A stretch of 64,000 nucleotides of DNA from an uncultured Verrucomicrobiae bacterium (GCA_963813025.1 CAWEXO010000005.1:1-64000), one strand, 5' to 3'; positions 9,573 through 19,614 are shown, numbered from the stretch's first letter. The notes: generated by a model from the sequence alone, not told the origin. Numbers and translations are program-made.

Positions 9573-12500
9573 ATGAAATCAACGTTCGCACCGCAAACTG
9601 ATCGCGAAATTGCCACACCGAGACCGCCGCGCAAGGGGCGCTACTTTGAGTCGACCCCCTTTCGCGGACTGGACTTCTTTGATTTCGAACACGCGGCGAT
9701 TTTTCACGGCAGAACCAAAGCCGTTGGAGAAGTGCTCGATGCGTTGAAGCAACAGGCCAAGGGCGCACAGCGCTTTGTCCTGGTGCTGGGCCCCAGCGGT
9801 TCGGGAAAGAGTTCTCTGGTTCGAGCCGGTGTTCTGCCGGTTTTGACCGAGGTTGCGGCGATCGAGAGAAGCGGCCCGTGGCGTCGTGCCGTGACCCGAC
9901 CGGGAGCCGGCGGCGCCGGCTGGGATCCGCTCGATGGACTTGCCGCTACCCTTCTCGATCAATCCGCGCTGCCAGAGCTTCGGATTTCAGCCTCGCCCCA
10001 GGAATGCCGAAATCTAGCCACTGTGCTTCGAACACATCCGGAGGGTGCTGCACTGCGGGTCAAGCATGCGCTGGATCGTCTCAGTCGGTCGGAGTTCGAG
10101 CCTCGCCTGGATGAGCAAGAGAGCGAGTTGCCACTGCCCTGGAAAGGAGAAGACGCTGAGCTTGCCGGAAAACAGTCACTGGGCGAGATCAAACCCCAAG
10201 CGCAGTTCGCGCTGGTCGTTGACCAGTTGGAAGAGCTCTTTACGAGCGGCTTTCCCTTCGAGCTCCAGCAGCGATACCTCGCCGCTCTCAGTGCTTTGGC
10301 TGGCTGCGAACGGGTCTTTGTCATCGCGACCTTGCAAAGCGATTTCTTCGCCCGTTACCAACAATCTGTCGGCACGATCAATTTCCCTGCGTCCCTCAGC
10401 ACATGCGAGCTTGACCAGCCAACACCGCGCGAGATCGGGAAAATGATCCGGTTGCCCGTCGAAGCAGCCGGTCTGCGCTTTGAGCGCGACCCCAAGACCG
10501 GACGCAGCCTGGACGAGATCCTGGTGGAGGCAACGGCGGGTAGTGCCGAGCCACTCCCGTTGCTCGAACACCTGCTTTTGCAGTTGTACCACAAACAACG
10601 TGAGCGAAAAGACGGCTTTCTCCGCTGGTCTGATTATTACGAATTGGGCGAACTCGAGGGGGCCCTGGCCCATCATGCAGAGAGCGTCTTCTCGATGCTC
10701 AAAGCGGAGGAACAGGCAGCGCTTGGATGCGTGATGGGGCATCTGGTTACGCTCGACTCGGGTCAGGAAGACGTCGTCAATCCCCGCACCGTCCCTTATC
10801 GTGACCTTGTTTCCTGTCCTGGATTGGAGAACGGCCAACCGGAAGGGGCGAAAGGCCTGGTTGATCGTTTGATCGAAGAAGGACTGTTGCGTGCCGAGAC
10901 TGGTCCCACCCAAGAGGTGGTTGTCAACGTTGCCCACGAGGCGCTTCTGCGGGGATGGCCACGAGTTTGGCAATGGTTTTCTGAGAGCCAGGAATTTCTT
11001 CGCATGCGCGACCGGCTCGATGCCAACCTCAAGCTCTGGCTGAGTCGAGGCTGCCAAACCGAGGACTTGCTCGATCCCCGGACCAGCCGTGCTGAAGCGA
11101 AGAAATTGGCCAAAGATTTCGGATCCTCATTAACTGAGACGGAATTCGACTACATTCGAGAGAGCCTTGCCTACCAAAACCGACGCTGGGGGGTGCGCCG
11201 TGCCATTGGGCTGGCAGTTCTCGGAGCGTTGGCTGTTCTGGCAACTCTTGCGGCGCTTATCTGGCCTGACACGCAAATCCTGCGAAACGCAACGAAAGCG
11301 TATGCGAAACTTCAACACGGGATTGCTCACTTGGCACCGGATGCGCACGAGGCGGCAGAGGTCCAGCCGAAGAGCCCGGAACAACAAGACGCCGCACTGG
11401 TAGCAAAGAAAGCGGAACTTGCCGCCAACCAGCGCGACGCCCTGCAGGCTCAGCTCAAGGACACCGAAGCCCAGGCGCAAACGGCCCAAAAGAATACAGA
11501 GCTCGCCGCAAGTCAGCGTGACGCGCTTCAGGCCCAGCTAAAGGACACCCAGGCTACGGCGCAACAGGTCCAAAAGAATGCCGAGCTCGCCGCAAGTCAA
11601 CGCGACGCGCTCCAAACCCAGTTAAAGGACATCGAAGCCAAAGCGCAAACGGCTCAAAAGAATGCAGAGACTGCCGCGAGCCAGCGTGACGCGCTGCAAA
11701 CTGAGCTTAAGGACACGCAGGCCAAGGCGCAGCAGGCTCAACAAAACGCCGACACGGCGGCAAGCCAGCGTGAAACGCTCCAAGCCCAGCTAAAGGATAC
11801 TGAAGCCAAGGCGCAACAGGCTCAACAGAGTGCCGAGCTCGCCGCCAATCAGCGCGACGCGCTGCAGGCTCAGCTCAAGGACACCGAGGCCAAGGCGCAA
11901 ACGGCCCGCAAGGATGCTGAGGTCGCCACAACTCCCGGTGGTGTGCTCCAAACCCAGCTAAGGGACGCTGAGGCGAAGGCGCAACAGGCCCAAAGGAATG
12001 CCGACGTGGCCGCAAGCCAGCGTGACGTGCTTCAAGCCCAGCTCAAGGACTCCCTGGCCACCGCCCAACAGGCCCAAAAGGATGCCGGCCTCGCCGCAAG
12101 TCAGCGTGATACGCTCCAGGCCCAGCTCAAGGACACGCAGGCCACTGCCCAACAGGCCCAGAAGAATGCCGAGCACGCCACAACTCAGCGTGACGCGCTC
12201 CAAGCCCAGCTCAAGGAAACCGAGGCCAAGGCACAACAGGCCCAGAAGAATGCCGAGCACGCCACAACTGAGCGTGACGCGCTCCAAACCCAGCTCAAGG
12301 ATACCGAAACCGAGGCACAACAGGCCCAGAAGAATGCCGAGCACGCCACAACTCAGCGTGGCACGCTGCAGGCCCAGCTCAATGACACCGAAGCCAAGAT
12401 GCAACAGGTTCAAAAGAATGCAGGGCTTGCCACAACTCAGCGTGATGCCCTTCAAACCCAGCTAAAGGACACTGAAGCCAAGGCGCAACAGGCCCAGAAG

Positions 12501-14354
12501 GATGCCGAAGTGGCTAAAACCGAACGCGACGCGCTGCAGACCCAGCTCAAGGACACCGAAGCCAAGATGCAACAGGTCCAAAAGAATGCCGACGTAGCCG
12601 CAAACCAGCGTGAAGCTCTCCAAGCCCAGTTAGTGGACACTGAAGCAAAGGCGCAACAGGCCCAGAAGGATGCCGAAGTGGCTAAAACCGAACGCGACGC
12701 GCTGCAGACCCAGCTCAAGGACACCGAAGCCAAGATGCAACAGGTCCAAAAGAATGCCGACGCAGCCGCAAGCCAGCGTGAAGCTCTCCAAGCCCGGTTA
12801 ATGGATACTGAAGCCAAGGCGCAAACCGCACAAAAAAATACCGAGCTTGTCACAAGTCAGCCTGACACCCTCCAGGCCCAGCTCAAGGACACCGAAGCCA
12901 AAGCGCAAGCGGCCCAAAAAAATGTCGAGCTCGCAGCGAGCCAGCGTGACGCGCTACAAAACCAGCTCAACGACGCTGAAGACAAGGCGCAAACCGCGCA
13001 AAAAAATACCGGGCTTGTCGCAAGTCAGCGTGACGCGCTCGAAAACCAGCTGAAAAGCGCAGAAGGGAAACCCGAACAGGCCGGGCAAGGAGCTAATCCG
13101 ACCCCAAAAAATGAACCGCTCACAGGGGCTCGGGAGTCCGTGAACCTGGCCTCGATCAATCAGAACCAGGCTGCCGTCTCTCCACCGACTCCGTCAATTG
13201 CCGCACCCGCAAATGCCGGCGCTGTGGCCGCTCAGACCGACAAAAAGGGTTCGGCGGAAGAACAGTCCTTAAAGCAGTTCGTTCGTGAGTATATTCGAAG
13301 TGTCGCCAGCAATGACCTCTCCGCGCAGGAGCGCTTTTTTGAACACCGAGTGAACTATTATGGCGAGGGACTCCTCTCGCGCGAGCAGGTTCGGGCGTCT
13401 CTGGTGCGTTACGAGCGGGAATGGCAGGTCCGGAACTGGGAACCGCGCGGAGAACCTGAATTACCACATGTTCTTCATTCGAAGAATCCGAGGCTTTACG
13501 AAGTTATTCAGCCTTTTACTTGGACGATCTCGAACGGCGCAAAGCACGAGGAGGGAAGTGGAACGCTCTACGTCCGGCTTTGGAAGAATGATAAAGGCGA
13601 ATTTCACATCATTTACGTCAGGCACAACGATACCGATCTTGCTTCAATAAGATCCAAATCCGGGGAAACTCAGCCCTCGAATGTTCAGAGCAAGGTGGCC
13701 ACGGCGGCTTCAACTCTGCTGTTCGATTCGTCGGCTCAAAGAAATGAGCCAGCTCCGCCGGGTCAAAAGTCCGGGAGACTCGCCCCGGTCGACCAAAGTC
13801 AAGCCGCTGTCGCTGTTCCGACGCCTTCAGTTTCGCCGTCCGCGGAATCGATATCTCCCGAGCCTCAAACCAATAAAAACGCCGAAGCTCCGGAGGACGT
13901 AACATCCTTAAAGGGGTTCGTTCGCGATTATATTCGAACTGTAGAGCGCGACGACGTTTCCGCACAGGAGCGCTTCTTCGCTCCCCAGGTGAACTTTTAT
14001 GGTGAAGGAGTCCTCTCTCTGCCGAAAGTTCAGGCGGTCACGGAGCATTACCATCGTGAATGGCCAAATCGGAAATGGGAACCCCGAGGGAACCCCAAGG
14101 TTGTCCCCTCGGCTGAACCTGATCAATACGAAATTCTTCAGCCTTTCACCTGGAGTGTCTCAAACGGCATACGGCACGCGGAGGGAAGTGCAACGCTCTA
14201 CGTCCGGGTCTCGAAGGATGGTAAAGGTGAATTTCACATTGTGCACGTGGCGCAGCAGCAAAGCGGTCCCGCCGAGAGCCGATCTAGCGCCAAGGAATTT
14301 CAACCACCCCACTCAGGCCAGAACGCGGAATCTCGAGTTAGACAGCCGCACTGA
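9573..14354 (+). CDS. nSTAND1-family NTPase + TM + 28-aa-repeat coiled coil + two NTF2/SnoaL-like domains
   Basis: Highly similar to 3845-7744 over the first ~610 aa (GPSGSGKSS, LVVDQLEELFT); 20 repeats; duplicated domain LK.FVR.YIR.V...D.SAQERFF...VN.YGEG.LS...Y.REW..R.WEPRG at ~13260-13630 and ~13900-14260. Confidence 0.85.
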   Translation: MKSTFAPQTDREIATPRPPRKGRYFESTPFRGLDFFDFEHAAIFHGRTKAVGEVLDALKQQAKGAQRFVLVLGPSGSGKSSLVRAGVLPVLTEVAAIERSGPWRRAVTRPGAGGAGWDPLDGLAATLLDQSALPELRISASPQECRNLATVLRTHPEGAALRVKHALDRLSRSEFEPRLDEQESELPLPWKGEDAELAGKQSLGEIKPQAQFALVVDQLEELFTSGFPFELQQRYLAALSALAGCERVFVIATLQSDFFARYQQSVGTINFPASLSTCELDQPTPREIGKMIRLPVEAAGLRFERDPKTGRSLDEILVEATAGSAEPLPLLEHLLLQLYHKQRERKDGFLRWSDYYELGELEGALAHHAESVFSMLKAEEQAALGCVMGHLVTLDSGQEDVVNPRTVPYRDLVSCPGLENGQPEGAKGLVDRLIEEGLLRAETGPTQEVVVNVAHEALLRGWPRVWQWFSESQEFLRMRDRLDANLKLWLSRGCQTEDLLDPRTSRAEAKKLAKDFGSSLTETEFDYIRESLAYQNRRWGVRRAIGLAVLGALAVLATLAALIWPDTQILRNATKAYAKLQHGIAHLAPDAHEAAEVQPKSPEQQDAALVAKKAELAANQRDALQAQLKDTEAQAQTAQKNTELAASQRDALQAQLKDTQATAQQVQKNAELAASQRDALQTQLKDIEAKAQTAQKNAETAASQRDALQTELKDTQAKAQQAQQNADTAASQRETLQAQLKDTEAKAQQAQQSAELAANQRDALQAQLKDTEAKAQTARKDAEVATTPGGVLQTQLRDAEAKAQQAQRNADVAASQRDVLQAQLKDSLATAQQAQKDAGLAASQRDTLQAQLKDTQATAQQAQKNAEHATTQRDALQAQLKETEAKAQQAQKNAEHATTERDALQTQLKDTETEAQQAQKNAEHATTQRGTLQAQLNDTEAKMQQVQKNAGLATTQRDALQTQLKDTEAKAQQAQKDAEVAKTERDALQTQLKDTEAKMQQVQKNADVAANQREALQAQLVDTEAKAQQAQKDAEVAKTERDALQTQLKDTEAKMQQVQKNADAAASQREALQARLMDTEAKAQTAQKNTELVTSQPDTLQAQLKDTEAKAQAAQKNVELAASQRDALQNQLNDAEDKAQTAQKNTGLVASQRDALENQLKSAEGKPEQAGQGANPTPKNEPLTGARESVNLASINQNQAAVSPPTPSIAAPANAGAVAAQTDKKGSAEEQSLKQFVREYIRSVASNDLSAQERFFEHRVNYYGEGLLSREQVRASLVRYEREWQVRNWEPRGEPELPHVLHSKNPRLYEVIQPFTWTISNGAKHEEGSGTLYVRLWKNDKGEFHIIYVRHNDTDLASIRSKSGETQPSNVQSKVATAASTLLFDSSAQRNEPAPPGQKSGRLAPVDQSQAAVAVPTPSVSPSAESISPEPQTNKNAEAPEDVTSLKGFVRDYIRTVERDDVSAQERFFAPQVNFYGEGVLSLPKVQAVTEHYHREWPNRKWEPRGNPKVVPSAEPDQYEILQPFTWSVSNGIRHAEGSATLYVRVSKDGKGEFHIVHVAQQQSGPAESRSSAKEFQPPHSGQNAESRVRQPH
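11412..13090 (+). repeat. Intragenic 84-bp tandem array (~20 units)
   Basis: Same 28-aa consensus as 5684-7258; includes a 168-bp higher-order duplication (AEVAKTERD...MQQVQKN twice). Confidence 0.95.
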
Positions 14355-14495
14355 AAAACGATGGAAATTGAAAAAGCATTGAAGGGAGCTGCTCCGTCCC
14401 CAATGTCCTTTTATGTCCACAGCAACCCTCTTTCGACTCAAAAGCTGTGAATAAATCCAGATAGTTTGGGGTCCAACGAGTTCTAGAAAACTGTT

Positions 14496-14912
14496 ATGTT
14501 CCGATATTCCAGAAATCACCAGCATGAGCCACCGTCCGAGCGGCGTCCAATCCGGGTCCGTTCTCGAAAACTGCCCCGGGTGCAGCTTTTCCTTTGTATA
14601 ATCGGCGTCGGCAGTTTCGTTAGCGCGTTTTCTGCGGGTGCAGAATTTTTTCAAATGAACGCGAGTGTGGCGCACGCCAACCATCCGGATAGGGACAGCG
14701 GGCAGGGCGCGACGTTGATGGCCCAAAACGGAAGCTACGTGGAGAAGTATGAGAGGACGGCCACCATGACCTCAATTACAGATGCGACAAAACCCGCAAA
14801 TGTGATTACGAGAGGGCAAGCTGCCGCGGCTGAACCGAATACCGGTATCCTGATCCTGGGCGGTCTCGCTCTTTTACTTTGGATCCAGCGTTTTCGCAGG
14901 AATCGGATTTAA
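14496..14912 (+). CDS. Small PEP-CTERM-like sorting-signal protein (start uncertain)
   Basis: C-terminus AAEPNTGILILGGLALLLWIQRFRRNRI: EP motif, TM helix, Arg cluster; hydrophobic N-terminal segment. Confidence 0.65.
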   Translation: MFRYSRNHQHEPPSERRPIRVRSRKLPRVQLFLCIIGVGSFVSAFSAGAEFFQMNASVAHANHPDRDSGQGATLMAQNGSYVEKYERTATMTSITDATKPANVITRGQAAAAEPNTGILILGGLALLLWIQRFRRNRI

Positions 14913-15032
14913 GTGGCAGGTTTATCATCTGGTGAGATCCCAGCTTGTTCTCCCGAACGGCAAGACTTGCGATTTACTCTGCCCATCATCAGCTGAGAAA
15001 ATGTCGCAATTTCGGTAGGGGCAACTGCTAGA

Positions 15033-15125
15033 TTAGTGCACCGTCTCGCATAATATGCTCTCGCCGCAGGTCAGTCGGCTGTTTTTCAAGACGCGAGAAG
15101 GCCCATATCTGGATCATACGGTCGC
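15033..15125 (+). mobile_element. Truncated left end of the 939-1235 MITE
   Basis: tagtgcaccgtctcgcata...tcgccgcaggtcagtcggctgtttttcaagacgcgag...gatcatacgg aligns to ~940-1035. Confidence 0.8.
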
Positions 15126-15134
15126 GATGCTGTG

Positions 15135-15250
15135 TCGCCGGCTTGAGAGTCTTCCTTGTACCGTGTTCCAAGCTCCTCTTGAGAGGAATTAAAACGGCCA
15201 ATTTTATTGCAGAACCGTAACAAACTGCTAATAAGCAACAAGCATTGCCT
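15135..15250 (+). promoter_or_regulatory. Conserved upstream module, copy 1
   Basis: ttccaagctc...aattttattgcagaaccgtaacaaactgctaataagc, homologous to copies at 16378, 21870 and 29845. Confidence 0.65.
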
Positions 15251-15276
15251 AACCCCGTAACGACCTGCCCTGGAGC

Positions 15277-16203
15277 GTGAACAAGTCCGAAAGATGGGTT
15301 CAATTCCCTCGTCGCTTGAAGCATATCAGCGTGCCGACATCATCTCGCAAAGCCGCTCTAGCCGGGATTGCCATGTATGCGCCCTGCCGTCGCCAGACCG
15401 CCTTGATGCTCCGGGCAGCCTGGCTTGCGACTTCCTTTGCCGGACCGTGTCTGCTTCCCGGGCATCGCTTCTTGTGGCAACCGCCGGTTGGTGTTGAGAC
15501 GTGGAATGGCATTCTCGAGCAGTTGAGCGCGCGGTTCGGTCCATTTGACACGTGGGCCCTGTACAATCGAACGCAAGCCGGGCGGCCTGGAATCTCGGCA
15601 TTGCTGTTGCGCAACGGCAAGCCGCTCTGCTTCTTGAGAGTGACATCGGCCGCCGATCCTGGACCCGCGCGGGAATTTAACTGTCTGAAAATGGTCTCGT
15701 CCTTTCGACCACGATCTTTCGCTGTCGTCGAGCCACTGCTGCTCGAGGATTATGGTGAATTGAAACTTCTTGCCCTATCGCCCCTGCCCAGCCGGCCGCA
15801 TTACGTTGCCAAACACCCGCCGATCGAGGTGATCGCCCAGGAGATCGGTGCGGCGCTCTCGTCATTTCCGCGGTCGAATGGCGTCCCGAGCGATTGGCGC
15901 CCAATGCACGGCGATTTTGCCCCCTGGAACCTTCGGTCTTTCGGGCGCGCCGGCCTGTTTCTGCTAGACTGGGAGAGTGTTGGATGGGCACCGCCGGGGG
16001 CCGATGAGGTCTTTTACAGGGCAGCCGCAGCAACACTGGGATTCAAGGAACCAGGCGGCAACCAGTTTGTCGAGGCAATTGATTTTTGGGCGAAAAGGTT
16101 TGCCGGGCCAAATTCGGAAATCGGTCGCGACCGGGAATTGGAAGGCGGCTTCTCGCGCGCGCTCGCCAATATGCTCGGCCCTGGGGGGGTATCGACGGAT
16201 TAG
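15277..16203 (+). CDS. APH/choline-kinase-family phosphotransferase
   Basis: Brenner motif PMHGDFAPWNL and LLDWE. Confidence 0.8.
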   Translation: MNKSERWVQFPRRLKHISVPTSSRKAALAGIAMYAPCRRQTALMLRAAWLATSFAGPCLLPGHRFLWQPPVGVETWNGILEQLSARFGPFDTWALYNRTQAGRPGISALLLRNGKPLCFLRVTSAADPGPAREFNCLKMVSSFRPRSFAVVEPLLLEDYGELKLLALSPLPSRPHYVAKHPPIEVIAQEIGAALSSFPRSNGVPSDWRPMHGDFAPWNLRSFGRAGLFLLDWESVGWAPPGADEVFYRAAAATLGFKEPGGNQFVEAIDFWAKRFAGPNSEIGRDRELEGGFSRALANMLGPGGVSTD

Positions 16204-16377
16204 TTTACAGGTTTTCAAACGCTGCCGCGTGAGGTTCCCCGCAGACAAGGCCCAACTTTTTTGTCACGCGTTTTTCGCTCAGTGATCTGACGCTGTTGTT
16301 GGCGAACCAAGTCCTCAAGCACCTCGACTTCCTCCAGTGGGCACGCAGGCCATCGAAGTCGCACTCAGTCCGCTAAT

Positions 16378-16478
16378 CGCAGGCTCTTCCAAATCGGAAT
16401 CTGGATTGCAATTTTGTTACGAAAACGTAACAAAATTGCTTAAACTTGGGCAAAGATTTGCCGATGAACTTCGCTGTC
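16378..16478 (+). promoter_or_regulatory. Conserved upstream module, copy 2, with perfect 14-bp palindromic operator
   Basis: gcaattttgttacg-aaaa-cgtaacaaaattgc at 16408-16439, followed by gatttgccgatgaacttcgct. Confidence 0.75.
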
Positions 16479-16549
16479 CTCGTCGACTTAACGGATTAAG
16501 ACCAGATGCCTGTGGTGTCGCGAGTGAACTCCAAAAAGGCGCGCGCAAG

Positions 16550-19531
16550 ATGTCTCTAAACGAACTGGCCTATGTTTCTCCCTCCGTTGAGTGTTGGCCG
16601 TCGGAAGGATCGACCTCATTAAGCGTTGCGGAAGCACCACTCCAAGGCACCGTGCGCGACGCGGAATTTAGTTTCTACAACGACTACCGGTGGTGTCTGA
16701 ACCCTTTCCTGACCGTCGATGACGCTATCGGACGCCTGCGCCGAGAACTCGACCAGGTGGGCTCGCTCCGGGAAGAATGGCAGGCCGCGGAACTAGAGGG
16801 AAATATTTTTCTGCTCTCTTGTACCCTGCTGAACTCGATCGACGATTACCTGCGTATGCCTGGCCTGCGCCTGCCAGAAAAGTTGGAGGCGGTACTTCCA
16901 TTTATCGGGAGGGCGTTCGCGGCAAGCGAGAAACTCGTTGCGATTGCCCAGCAGCGGCGCGCCTTACGGGTCTGGCGATGGCGAGAGGAATTGCAGGCTT
17001 GCCTGGATGCGTTTCTCGAGGTCTCGGTCCTCGGCGGTGCGCCGGAACCGGCCGCGCTCGCAGGCGCCGTAAATAAAATAAGATCATCTCTGCAGCCGCT
17101 GCTACCGTCTAACCTAAGGGCCCGGCACACGGATATGGCCTCGGCGTTTCGCAAACAAGACTTGACACCTTGGGATGTGCTCACTCTGGGAAGGGAATTC
17201 ATGACCAGGTTCCCGGATCGCCAGCAACCGCTCCTGGTCATAGGACTCCGCACGGCTGGTTCGTTCTTTGCTCCCCTGCTCCGTTCGTTTCTCACGAGAC
17301 AAGGCTATGACGTTGTAGACACTGTGACGGTGCGACCGAATAAGGGCTTGGGGGAGTGGGAACGGGCAAAACTGACCGCCTGCGCCAGAGGCGGTCACAT
17401 GGCCGTGATTATCGATGATCCACCCGGCACCGGTAACACAATTGTCAAAGCAATTGAGCTCGTCAGGGAAACGGGTTTTCCAACCGAGAGACTGGTTGTC
17501 CTTTTCCCCATTCATCCGAGGAGGCGAGAATGGGTCAACCCGGGGCAGAGTAAATCGTTTTCTGGAATTTTTATGCTGACCCTTGAGCCGGAACGCTGGC
17601 ACAAGTACCAGTTGCTCGAGCCGAAGGCAGTAGAAGCTCGATTGGCTGAATACCTACAGAAGGGCAGCTATTCGAGCATTCGTGTCGTGGCTAGTCCGAC
17701 AGCCGACCGGCTCAATGCGCAACTGGAAGGTTATGCCGTTGACTCTCGCCGCACCCGGCTCAAGCGCGTCTACGAGGTCCGTCTGGAAACTCCGGACGGT
17801 CGAATCGAAACCCGGTATGTGCTGGCCAAGAGCATCGGTTGGGGATGGCTGGGGTATCATGCGTTCATCACGGGGCATCTGCTCACCGATTTCACGCCTC
17901 CAGTTTTCGGTTTGCGCGACGGGATCCTTTACACTGAGTGGCTTCTGCAGTCCGAGGACGCTTCAATCTTTGGCGAGGTTCGAAGTCGCTGGATCCAGAC
18001 TACGGCGTCTTATGTAGCGGCACGGGTCCGGTCGCTCCGTCTGCCGCAGAGCTCTTTGTCCAACTTTTATCTGAGTGGGCACCACGAAGGGCTCGAGCTG
18101 CTCGCCAAAGTTCTCAGTCGAGCCCACGGCGGGCGGGTGATTGCTGGGTTAATGCGGGGTCGCCTTCGGCGGCGGCTGTCCAAACAACCCTGCTCAGTTC
18201 CGACTTTGATCGACGGAAAAATGCAGCGAGCGGAATGGATCGCGGGGCCCTCCGGGCTGCTTAAGACGGACTTCGAGCACCACGGCATGGGAAAAAACGA
18301 GTTGAACGTTGTCGACCCCGCTTACGATCTCGCCGACGCAATTCTGCATCTCGCCCTTTCGAGAGAGGAAGAGGCTCTCTTGATCAGTCGTTACATCGAG
18401 GAATCCGGCGATGCGGATGTGCAACAGCGGCTTTTCCTACACAAATTCCTGGCCGGAACCTGGGCGATGGTTTCCGCGCTGCGCCTGCTCGAAAAGGAGG
18501 AAGCGGCGAACCGGCAAAGCGAAGGCCACCAGCAGTATGTGAGCGCTTGGAGTTTCCTGGTCACTCATACGGCGCGGTTCTGCGGCGCCATTTGTCGGCC
18601 ACCAAAGACCATCTCCTGGCGGTCGCCTCTCGTCGTGCTCGATATCGATGGCGTCCTGGACAGGCGGTTTTTCGGTTTCCCTTGCACGACCGCCGCTGGC
18701 ATTCGTGCCATCTCCCTTCTTCACGCCCACGATTTTCCTGTCGTTATCGATTCGGCCAGGCATGCTGTAGAAGTTCAGGAGTACTGTACGGCATACGGAT
18801 TTGTCGGCGGTGTCGCCGAATATGGCAGTTACATTTGGGACGCTGTTGGCAACCGTGGTCGCGTTCTGGTAACTCCGGAGTCTCTATCTCAGCTGGAACG
18901 AATCAAGCAGGCATTAGAGCGGCTTCCGGGGGTTTTCGTGAACCCTGCGTATCGCTACTCTCTCCGGGCTTACTCGTTTGAGAATGCCAGGCCGGTGCCC
19001 CTGTCTTTGCCAGTAATCCAACAGCTAATGGCGTCCCTGAGAGTCGACCGGCTCTCCTTTCATCAAACGACAATCGACACCACAATCTTGGCGCGGGAAG
19101 TTGATAAAGGGCGTGGCTTATTGGCGCTCCTAGAATGGATAGGCCAGCCTCAAATCGAGACTGTAGCCATTGGCGATTCCGAGCCGGACCTGCCCATGTT
19201 TGCCGCGGCGAACCGCAGCTTCGCTCCGGCCAACATCAGCTGCGATCGCCGTGCACGTTCCATTGGATGCCAGATCGATGGCCATCTGCACCAGCAGGGA
19301 CTGCTTAGCATCGTACGCAACCTGGTACACCCGAAAGACGGCCGCTGCGTGCGCTGTGGGCCTTGTGAGGGATCCTTAATCAAGGACCAATCCCTGTTTC
19401 TCGAGGCATTAGAGGCCGCAGACCGGAACCGATACGCCCGACTTTTACGCGCGCTCCTTCATCCCGACGCGGTCAAAGTTTTGCGGCCAACTCACAAAAC
19501 CGGCGTCTATGCCCCGCCTCCCAAATTGTAA
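16550..19531 (+). CDS. Multidomain protein: PRTase-like + kinase-like + HAD (Cof/IIB-like) phosphatase
   Basis: AVIIDDPPGTGNT (PRPP-loop-like); LKTDFEHH...DPAYDLA (APH-like); VVLDIDGVLD, DKGRGL, GDSEPD (HAD motifs). ATG 16550 preferred because the GTG 16337 extension spans the regulatory module. Confidence 0.7.
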   Translation: MSLNELAYVSPSVECWPSEGSTSLSVAEAPLQGTVRDAEFSFYNDYRWCLNPFLTVDDAIGRLRRELDQVGSLREEWQAAELEGNIFLLSCTLLNSIDDYLRMPGLRLPEKLEAVLPFIGRAFAASEKLVAIAQQRRALRVWRWREELQACLDAFLEVSVLGGAPEPAALAGAVNKIRSSLQPLLPSNLRARHTDMASAFRKQDLTPWDVLTLGREFMTRFPDRQQPLLVIGLRTAGSFFAPLLRSFLTRQGYDVVDTVTVRPNKGLGEWERAKLTACARGGHMAVIIDDPPGTGNTIVKAIELVRETGFPTERLVVLFPIHPRRREWVNPGQSKSFSGIFMLTLEPERWHKYQLLEPKAVEARLAEYLQKGSYSSIRVVASPTADRLNAQLEGYAVDSRRTRLKRVYEVRLETPDGRIETRYVLAKSIGWGWLGYHAFITGHLLTDFTPPVFGLRDGILYTEWLLQSEDASIFGEVRSRWIQTTASYVAARVRSLRLPQSSLSNFYLSGHHEGLELLAKVLSRAHGGRVIAGLMRGRLRRRLSKQPCSVPTLIDGKMQRAEWIAGPSGLLKTDFEHHGMGKNELNVVDPAYDLADAILHLALSREEEALLISRYIEESGDADVQQRLFLHKFLAGTWAMVSALRLLEKEEAANRQSEGHQQYVSAWSFLVTHTARFCGAICRPPKTISWRSPLVVLDIDGVLDRRFFGFPCTTAAGIRAISLLHAHDFPVVIDSARHAVEVQEYCTAYGFVGGVAEYGSYIWDAVGNRGRVLVTPESLSQLERIKQALERLPGVFVNPAYRYSLRAYSFENARPVPLSLPVIQQLMASLRVDRLSFHQTTIDTTILAREVDKGRGLLALLEWIGQPQIETVAIGDSEPDLPMFAAANRSFAPANISCDRRARSIGCQIDGHLHQQGLLSIVRNLVHPKDGRCVRCGPCEGSLIKDQSLFLEALEAADRNRYARLLRALLHPDAVKVLRPTHKTGVYAPPPKL

Positions 19532-19614
19532 GTAGGGCGAGCAGTTGGAGATATGATTCTACCGTTGACAATCTCGAAAAGCGAAACAGCCAGCGCTAAC
19601 GTGTAAGATTAGAG

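Noticed and set aside
5684..13090. Regular 84-bp periodicity as a CRISPR array
   Set aside because: Contiguous in-frame coding repeats with no unique spacers and no cas genes
16337..16549. N-terminal 71-aa extension of the HAD fusion
   Set aside because: Overlaps the conserved non-coding module and palindrome; ATG 16550 is more plausible
19565..19570. TTGACA as sigma70 -35 box
   Set aside because: No credible -10 at 16-18 bp spacing
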